NCBI GenBank assembly: GCA_965248265.1
Contig: CBDFJF010000001.1
Span: 1,344,001-1,408,000 of the forward strand
From: Candidatus Latescibacterota bacterium
GTDB lineage: Bacteria > Latescibacterota > UBA2968 > UBA8231
Direction: 5' to 3'
DNA: 64,000 nucleotides
Notes under the pieces: model-generated
The model's database searches: none
What the model was told of the DNA's origin: nothing
What the model saw: the letters and a program-made list of their open reading frames with translations, nothing else
Made by a program: the position numbers and the translations under genes
Part shown: in pieces, positions 57,287-64,000 of the stretch
How the letters are laid out: the number at the start of each line of letters is the position of its first letter
How positions within the stretch are numbered: position 1 is the stretch's first letter

Positions 57287-58432
57287 ATGAGCTGGAATGT
57301 AGTCGACCGCTTTACGATCTATCACGAAGAAGGCTTTTATGCCTTGGGCCCACACGTGACCCGGACTCCCGCCGGTCACTTGCTGGTAATGTTCCAGAGG
57401 GCCACTCATGTGGGGTCTGCCCAGCACGAGCATCCGCTGTGCAACGTACAGGCCTGCCGGTCTGAAGACGAGGGTCGGACCTGGAGTGAGGCGCGACTCG
57501 TGACGGTCAATCCCCGAGGCGGGGTCATGGACCACAGCGCTCACACCCTTCCCGACGGCAGCATCTTCCTGCACTGCTCCAGCACTGAGCTGGTGGCGGC
57601 GGCGGACGAGGGTGCCCATGCCAAAAATTGGGTCGTGCAGGCAGGCAAGCCCTTTTGGGTTCGATCTCGAGACGACGGCCACACCTGGACCAACCCCGTG
57701 CGCTTCCCGCCCATACCGGACGCCATCTGGGGTCACCCAGCCCAGCACTCCGGCGTCAGCCGAAGCCGCCTGCTCGCACACCCGGACGGACGTTTGCTCC
57801 TGCCGAGCAAGGCAACGAACATCACTGAAAAGTTTCGTTACTTCGGAATGCTGCGCGTCTCCCGGGACATGGGCGAGACCTGGGAATACGGAGGCCGGAT
57901 CGCCGAGGATCCGGTTGCCCACTTCAGCGAGCCGACCATTCACCTAACGCCGAGCGGACGCATTCTCGTCCTCTTCCGCTGCCATGCCAACACCTCACAG
58001 GATCAGGACGAGAGCATACCCCTGAGAGATCGCCAGTACAACAGCCGCTTTCAGGCCCTGGTCATGTCGGATGACGACGGCAAGACCTGGACGCCGTGGA
58101 AGCGCTCCGTGCACGGCTACCCCGCCCACATGCTCGGTCTGCGCGACGGGCGCATTTTCCTGACCGTCGGCACCCGCTGGGATGGACAATCGGGCTGTCT
58201 CGCCAGGGTCCTCGATCCCGAGGGCACCGAGCTGGAGACTGCGCCCATCTACACCAGGGCGCCGGATCTGGCAACGACGTCGGACATCGTCATCCAGAGC
58301 GACGCGTTCAGCCACGACTGCGGCTATCCCTGGTCGGTGGAGCTCAATGATGGCAGAGTCCTCGTCGTCTACTGGAATCACTTCGATGACGACCTCAGAG
58401 GGATCGCCGGCGCCATCGTCGCTGAGGACTAG
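57287..58432 (+). CDS. Asp-box sialidase-like beta-propeller, close paralog of 42796..43944
   Basis: C-terminal half nearly identical at protein level; GAGGAG RBS. Confidence 0.8.
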   Translation: MSWNVVDRFTIYHEEGFYALGPHVTRTPAGHLLVMFQRATHVGSAQHEHPLCNVQACRSEDEGRTWSEARLVTVNPRGGVMDHSAHTLPDGSIFLHCSSTELVAAADEGAHAKNWVVQAGKPFWVRSRDDGHTWTNPVRFPPIPDAIWGHPAQHSGVSRSRLLAHPDGRLLLPSKATNITEKFRYFGMLRVSRDMGETWEYGGRIAEDPVAHFSEPTIHLTPSGRILVLFRCHANTSQDQDESIPLRDRQYNSRFQALVMSDDDGKTWTPWKRSVHGYPAHMLGLRDGRIFLTVGTRWDGQSGCLARVLDPEGTELETAPIYTRAPDLATTSDIVIQSDAFSHDCGYPWSVELNDGRVLVVYWNHFDDDLRGIAGAIVAED

Positions 58433-58439
58433 TGTCCCT

Positions 58440-59933
58440 ATGAAGACTGCTCGGATCGTCTACAACAGTGATCCATCCACCATCGCTCGCCACGTCCTGC
58501 CCGACCCGGTGGAGGCCGACGACCTGCGCCACTGGACGGACATGCTCGCCGACAGCGGTGTCGATGTCTTCGTTCAGGATGCCGTCAACCAGGGGTTCAC
58601 CCTCTACTGGCGCTCGGATCGGTTCCAGTACGACCTGCGCCCGCAGCACCAGCGGTTCCTGCCTTTACTGGATGCGGGCACCCAACCCCTCCAGGTGCTC
58701 CGGGACCGCAGTCACGAGCGCGGCATGACATTCCTCGCCGGCATCCGCATGAATGACGGCCATGATTTTCCCGTCTTCGCTGAATTCATAGAGTCGCACC
58801 CCGAGTGGCAACTACCCAAGCGTTGGGATGTTCTGGGCATCCAGCGTCCGCCCGAAGCTTCGATCAACGTGGGCGGCAAACGACTCGACTACAGCTTCGA
58901 CGGAGTCCGGACCTTCTATTGTGAGATGATGGAAGACCTGCTGGACTGCGTCTCCGTTGACGGCCTCGAGCTGATTTTTCGGGAGTCTTATTTCCCGGTC
59001 CCTGATGCCCGGGATCACGCCCACCTGATGACGGACATGATGCGGCGTGTGCGCGTCATTCTCGACGAACGCAGTCGAATCACGGGTGCCTCACTGATCC
59101 TGGGAGCCAGAGTGTATGCCGACATAGAAGAGTGCCTGCTGATGGGACTCGATGTGCCGACGTGGATCGAGGAGGGGCTGATCGACTACTGCTGCCCCAT
59201 GGACAGCATGTTCTCCGACTTCAATGCCCAGTACGCTGAATTCGGCGCCCTGGTGCAGAACACGGAATGCGGGATGTACCCGGGGCTCCATCCGTGGACC
59301 AGTCACCGCATGCGGTTGAAGAGTGCAATGACCCCCGCCATGTGCCGCGCCCTGGCTCACACCTTCTACGCCGCTGGAGCCGACGGAGTCTCGGTCTTCA
59401 ATCACTTCGTCGGCCTCCTGTGGCACCCGCCGTACTATCCCCAGACGCTCCAGGTGTTCCACGACCTGCGCGACCCGCAGCGAGTCGCCCGTGGTGAACG
59501 GCACTACGTCTTCGATCCCACCTTGGGCGGAGTCCCCTGGATGGGCTGGGACCGTGGCGAATCCGGAATTATCAACGCACAACGAGTTGTCTTCGATCGC
59601 AGTGCAAACCGGCCGTCGGGGATTTTCCGCTTTCGCCTGTATGAACAGATGAACCGCGTGCTGGGCGCAACGCTGCTGCTTCGGGGCGCGACCCTGACGG
59701 CAGGGGACAAGCTCGAAATCGCCCTCAACGGCGTCCCACTCGCCCACGGACCCTTCGGCCGAGAGGACGCCAGAGCTGGCGACCAGTGCCCGGACACTCG
59801 CTGGTTCCCGCTTCCGGGGCATGCGCCCACGTACGGAGATAACCAGTTGAGTATCACGCTGGTTGAAAGCGATCCGGATGCCGAGGGTGATCTCATCGTC
59901 GACGAGGTCGAAGTCTTCGTACAGCCGAAATAG
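58440..59933 (+). CDS. GHL10-like protein, paralog of 46689..48230
   Basis: SDPS.I...VLPDPVE, IRMNDGH, HPEW, GADG, VQPK C-terminus. Confidence 0.7.
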   Translation: MKTARIVYNSDPSTIARHVLPDPVEADDLRHWTDMLADSGVDVFVQDAVNQGFTLYWRSDRFQYDLRPQHQRFLPLLDAGTQPLQVLRDRSHERGMTFLAGIRMNDGHDFPVFAEFIESHPEWQLPKRWDVLGIQRPPEASINVGGKRLDYSFDGVRTFYCEMMEDLLDCVSVDGLELIFRESYFPVPDARDHAHLMTDMMRRVRVILDERSRITGASLILGARVYADIEECLLMGLDVPTWIEEGLIDYCCPMDSMFSDFNAQYAEFGALVQNTECGMYPGLHPWTSHRMRLKSAMTPAMCRALAHTFYAAGADGVSVFNHFVGLLWHPPYYPQTLQVFHDLRDPQRVARGERHYVFDPTLGGVPWMGWDRGESGIINAQRVVFDRSANRPSGIFRFRLYEQMNRVLGATLLLRGATLTAGDKLEIALNGVPLAHGPFGREDARAGDQCPDTRWFPLPGHAPTYGDNQLSITLVESDPDAEGDLIVDEVEVFVQPK

Positions 59934-59959
59934 ATCTCCGGCAACGGGGTGCCGTCAGC

Positions 59960-60346
59960 CTACTGAGCCGCGGCCTGGTCTTCGGGAAAGAGTTCTTGAA
60001 CCGTGCCCTCCAGGACCTTGGCGGTCAAGGGCTTCCTCAGGGTAACGTCGGCGCCGGCCTCATCGGCGAGTGCGAGGCAATCCCGTCCCGCGATCGTGCC
60101 TCCGCCGGAAATGGCGAGAATCTTGACCTCGGGCAGTTCCCGCTTCAGCCGCCGGATGATGTCAAGTCCGTTGACTTTCGGCATGAAAATATCCACCACG
60201 AGCAGGTCTACCTCCTGCTCCCGAAGAATCCGCATGCCATCCCGGGGATCCGTGGCTACTGACGTCCTGTAATCCGACTGACCCAGCACCAGAGCCAGAA
60301 CCTGGGTGACGCGTTCCTCGTCGTCGAGGACCAGTATGTGCCGCAC
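59960..60346 (-). CDS. Single-domain response regulator (CheY-like receiver)
   Basis: ILVLDDE, DIFMP, AISGG, RKP; the start is approximate. Confidence 0.88.
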   Translation of the reverse strand: MRHILVLDDEERVTQVLALVLGQSDYRTSVATDPRDGMRILREQEVDLLVVDIFMPKVNGLDIIRRLKRELPEVKILAISGGGTIAGRDCLALADEAGADVTLRKPLTAKVLEGTVQELFPEDQAAAQ

Positions 60347-60426
60347 GTGCTTCCACTCCGTTATGAGACGGCTGTCTCGGGAACCAGACAGTATCAGAGT
60401 ACCGTCGTGGTCCAATCAGGACAGGA

Positions 60427-60454
60427 ACTATAACTGAGTACATTTCGCTGTCAA
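60427..60454 (-). promoter_or_regulatory. Sigma70-type promoter for the receiver gene
   Basis: Minus strand TTGACA-N16-TATAGT. Confidence 0.6.
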
Positions 60455-60553
60455 CAGTCCGAGCCGATACGGAGCAAGCTCCATCTTTTGAGGTTGCCAG
60501 CCCAGCGTCGCGGCGGTATAGTCCCCCAGGACCCAGGCAAGGAGGGAAGTGTT

Positions 60554-62005
60554 ATGCGCAAGGAGCTGTTCATCGACGATCGCTTCATCGCTGAAATGGA
60601 CGCCCTGACACGCCGGTTTCACCAGGCAGAGCCGCACACCGACAATCCGGTGATTCATGCGGATCGTCCCTGGGAGAGGGATGCCGCGTTCGTCGATACT
60701 GGCCTCGTAATCTTCGATGAAGACGAGGGGTTGTTCAGAGCGTGGTACCAGGGTGGCAACTGCTATGGGCCGGACGACCGATCCTGCATGTGCTACGCCG
60801 TGTCCGAGAATGGGGTCCTTTGGGAGAAACCGAATCTGGGTCTGATCGAATTCGAAGGCAGCACCGACAACAACATCGCACTGTTGGCGGATTGCATGAT
60901 GCATGATCCGGCGGTGATCATCGACCACAGAGATCAGGACCCGGCGCGCCGCTACAAGGCGACCTGGTGGGGCGGCCGCAGAGACTCCAGTCAACCGGAT
61001 GGTTGGCTGTTGGGGCACTGTGTCGGCTTTTCACCGGATGGTGTCGAGTGGATGGAGCATCCGGACAACCCGGTGTGGCCCAGCGATGCAGAGGTCGGGA
61101 CGCCCTTCGATCTGTCCCGCAGCGACGGCAAGCTGGTGATGTACAGCAGCGCCGACGGCCACGGCATACGGGTGGTGGGGCGCACCGAGTCCGACGACTT
61201 CGTCCAATGGGATCTGCCCCCCGATCTGGTGTTCGGTTATGACGAGGAGGATGAGCCCGGGACCGAATTCGGAGGGCTGGCCGCCGTCGACTATCACGGC
61301 ACCCACATCGGCATGCTTTGGGTAATCAGGAACCGCCCCGGTTTTTCGCGAGCGGAATGGAAGGAAATTGTCGATCGCAATATTCGTCAGGGTTTCCTGG
61401 GACCACCTATCCAGATGAATGCGGCTGCATGCCGCACGATTCACACTGAACTGGTCGTCAGCAGCGACGGCAAGAGTTGGCAGCGCGTTGATCGCGACTC
61501 CTTGTTCATCGACCTGGGCGCAGAGGCGACCTGGGACGAGTGTCACTCGCTCGCCGGTCGCCCGTTCGTGCACGACGACAGGATCTGGATTTACTACACC
61601 GGCTGTGGGCGCAACAGCCCGACGCCGGGAGCGACTGAGCCCGAGCAGATCGGTGAATGGAGCATCGATACGGGGTTGGCTACATTGCGGCTCGACGGCT
61701 TCGCGTCGCTGCATGCGGCCGGCGAGGGCGAGGTGCTGACTCAGCCGTTCGAGCTGCAAGACAGTAAGTTGACCGTGAACGCGGATGCGGCAGGCGGCGA
61801 AGTGCGGATGGCCCTGTTGGACGCCAGTGGGGAGACCCTGCCCGGATTTGGTCTCGTCGAAGCTCAGGCGATATGCGGTGACCATTTGCGGGCCCCGACA
61901 GTGTGGCAGGGCGAGTCTGACTTGAGTGGATTGCGCGGGCAGACGGTACAGCTGCGAATCTGCTTGAAGAATGCCGACCTTTATTCAATTTCTAACACGG
62001 AATAG
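60554..62005 (+). CDS. Five-bladed beta-propeller glycosidase-like protein, related to 24350..25969
   Basis: ELFIDD, DRPWE, YAVSENGVLWEKP, LATLRLDGFAS; GGAGG RBS. Confidence 0.7.
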   Translation: MRKELFIDDRFIAEMDALTRRFHQAEPHTDNPVIHADRPWERDAAFVDTGLVIFDEDEGLFRAWYQGGNCYGPDDRSCMCYAVSENGVLWEKPNLGLIEFEGSTDNNIALLADCMMHDPAVIIDHRDQDPARRYKATWWGGRRDSSQPDGWLLGHCVGFSPDGVEWMEHPDNPVWPSDAEVGTPFDLSRSDGKLVMYSSADGHGIRVVGRTESDDFVQWDLPPDLVFGYDEEDEPGTEFGGLAAVDYHGTHIGMLWVIRNRPGFSRAEWKEIVDRNIRQGFLGPPIQMNAAACRTIHTELVVSSDGKSWQRVDRDSLFIDLGAEATWDECHSLAGRPFVHDDRIWIYYTGCGRNSPTPGATEPEQIGEWSIDTGLATLRLDGFASLHAAGEGEVLTQPFELQDSKLTVNADAAGGEVRMALLDASGETLPGFGLVEAQAICGDHLRAPTVWQGESDLSGLRGQTVQLRICLKNADLYSISNTE

Positions 62006-62050
62006 AGCTAGTGCCGGTAACACGGCAATAGAAGTCGAAAGGAATCTCCG

Positions 62051-62977
62051 ATGTCAGATCAAAGCGATACCGCCACCGGGCTGACGAAGCAGGAACTCAT
62101 CGATGGCCTCCATGAGATCGGCCTGAAGCAGGGAGACGTCGTGCTCATTCACACCGCCATGCGCACCTTCGGCCACATCGATGGCGGTGCGACCACCGTC
62201 ATGGACGCGTTTCTCGAAGTCCTGGGACCGCGCGGGACGTTGGTCGCCCCGGCGTTCACGTTCTGCCACGAGGCAGAGGAGGATCCAATCATCGATCCGC
62301 GTCAGGACCCGTCGGAGATGGGGGCAATCACCGAAGCCGTGCGCCAGCATCCCGAGGCGTTGCGCAGCACGGCCTACCGCCACAGTTTTTCGGCCATCGG
62401 TCGGCGCGCTCGAGTGATTACCGAAGTGGACCCGGCGCTGTCGTCGTTCGACCTGCGTTCCAGTTTCGGTGTGATGCTGGCCCTCGACACACAGGTCATC
62501 CTCTGCGGCATGACCTACCAAAGCTCCACCAGTCATCACTTCGCGGAGATGGTCTGTGACGTGTCCTACCGCCAGACGATTCCGCTGACCGTCAAGGTGA
62601 GGCAGGCCGACGGCAGCCTCATCGACCAACCGATGACGGACTATCAACCCAAGAGCGAGGGCGGTTCCTACTACGGCTCCCGGCATCCGGACTTCATTCG
62701 CCTCGGACAGATGATGGAAGAGCGCGGCGTGGTCGGCAAAGCCTTCATCGGCAATGCCGCGGTCAGGCGCTTTCCGATGCGGGAACTGGTCGGTCTGGCC
62801 GAGGCCGAGGCGGCCGTGGACGAGAACATCTTTTGCGCACAGGAGGGGCAGGAAGGCACATCCCCTCTCACCTTCGGCACCAAAACCCAGAGTCCCGAGA
62901 TGATGGACGGGGCCGGCCGGGCGGTACGCTTCGAGTGGTGCGTCCGCGACGTCGACGAGCTGGTGTTACCTCAATAG
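62051..62977 (+). CDS. AAC(3)/YokD-family N-acetyltransferase
   Basis: GDVVLIH, GTLVAPAF, MGAITEAVR, RS...SFSAIG, TSHHFAE. Confidence 0.85.
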   Translation: MSDQSDTATGLTKQELIDGLHEIGLKQGDVVLIHTAMRTFGHIDGGATTVMDAFLEVLGPRGTLVAPAFTFCHEAEEDPIIDPRQDPSEMGAITEAVRQHPEALRSTAYRHSFSAIGRRARVITEVDPALSSFDLRSSFGVMLALDTQVILCGMTYQSSTSHHFAEMVCDVSYRQTIPLTVKVRQADGSLIDQPMTDYQPKSEGGSYYGSRHPDFIRLGQMMEERGVVGKAFIGNAAVRRFPMRELVGLAEAEAAVDENIFCAQEGQEGTSPLTFGTKTQSPEMMDGAGRAVRFEWCVRDVDELVLPQ

Positions 62978-62991
62978 GGCGGCAGAACGCT

Positions 62992-64000
62992 ATGTGGCAG
63001 ATCGGCACCCCCATCACCGGCTATTACCACGGACCCGGGGGTGGGACAGACAGATGGGGTCCATTGACCCACGGGATGGCGGAGAAACTGGTCGATGGCG
63101 GATTCAACCTGGCCTGGGGGTGCACGGTCGAGGACCTCGACATCGCCCACGAGCACGGGTTGCGGGTAGATCTGATCGGCCTGTACACGACCGACCCCAC
63201 GGTCTTGGACGACCCCGACGCAAAGTCGCGGATGGACTCCGTCATCGACAGTGTGAAGGACCATCCTGCCCTGTATTCCTACAACGTCAGCGATGAGCCC
63301 AGCGCCCTCAGGTTTCCGGAGTTTGCCAGGCTGTTGGATTACTTCCGCGAGCGTGATCCCGACCATCTATCGTACATAAACCTGTTCCCGACTTACGCCA
63401 GCGCCGAGGCGTTGGGGACCGAGGGCGATACCACCGACGCGTACAGAGAACACCTGCGTCAGTACATACAGATCGTCAGGCCCGACCTCATCAGCTATGA
63501 CCACTACCAACTTCGCGCGGACAGGGATGACGAGGAGTACTTCCTCAACCTGGGGCTCGTACGCGAGGAGTCATTGAACGCCGGCGTGCCCTTCATCAAC
63601 GTCGTGCAGGCCTGTTCATTGGGCCCGACTCACCGCGTCCCCACCGGCGACGAGGGCAGGTACCTGGCCTACACCACGCTCGCCTACGGCGGCCAGGGAC
63701 TGTCGCAGTTCGTCTACTGGATCCGTGTCCCGGATTTCATCGGAGGAGGCGTTGCCGAATACGCCGATGGTCCGTTCAACGCTGAACGTGCCGCTGCCGA
63801 TGCCGCGGCGCCACTGACCCCGCTGGGGGAGGCGCTGCGTCAGATCAATCCGGAGTTTATCGCCGTCGCTGAACAGCTGCAGCCGCTCAGCTCGCTTGGT
63901 GTGTATTGCTCAGGGCGGGCACCCGCGGCGGTACCGGCCTTGCCGGCCGACAGTTTGTTCGGCCTTGATCCGATCGATGCGGCGGGAGACGGGAGCATCC
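62992..64000 (+). CDS. TIM-barrel glycosidase-like protein (family copy 6), no signal peptide, 3'-truncated by the window edge
   Basis: Missing from the ORF track. Manual translation gives MWQIGTPITGYYHGPGGGTDRWGPL..DEPS..DLISYDHY..YTTLAYGGQG. Confidence 0.75.
   Translation, partial: MWQIGTPITGYYHGPGGGTDRWGPLTHGMAEKLVDGGFNLAWGCTVEDLDIAHEHGLRVDLIGLYTTDPTVLDDPDAKSRMDSVIDSVKDHPALYSYNVSDEPSALRFPEFARLLDYFRERDPDHLSYINLFPTYASAEALGTEGDTTDAYREHLRQYIQIVRPDLISYDHYQLRADRDDEEYFLNLGLVREESLNAGVPFINVVQACSLGPTHRVPTGDEGRYLAYTTLAYGGQGLSQFVYWIRVPDFIGGGVAEYADGPFNAERAAADAAAPLTPLGEALRQINPEFIAVAEQLQPLSSLGVYCSGRAPAAVPALPADSLFGLDPIDAAGDGSI

Overview
GC-rich bacterial chromosomal segment with about 49 genes and no rRNA, tRNA, CRISPR array or transposase seen. 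The FlgD-Ig/'NYPNPFN' domains, DUF6785 and DUF4838 proteins suggest an FCB-group organism such as Ca. Latescibacterota; this is inference. Most of the window is a paralog-rich catabolic region: Asp-box and five-bladed beta-propellers, six copies of one uncharacterised TIM-barrel glycosidase-like family, GHL10-like and DUF4838 pairs, oxidoreductases, aminotransferases and acetyltransferases. The standout is a signalling locus at 29.3-39.8 kb with four related STAND-like (AAA_16/AAA_35-type) P-loop ATPase domains. They are fused to (i) a sigma54 enhancer-binding protein, (ii) a TM helix plus PEGA repeats, (iii) only a MinD-like membrane-targeting tail, and (iv) a PP2C/SpoIIE phosphatase. Two consensus sigma54 -24/-12 promoters flank the activator gene; they point at a divergent FN3/NHL lipoprotein and at the ATPase operon. 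Also present: an MNT gene with an internally deleted HEPN partner, and a duplicated ~50-bp intergenic element. All family calls come from motif recognition by eye, not from database searches.
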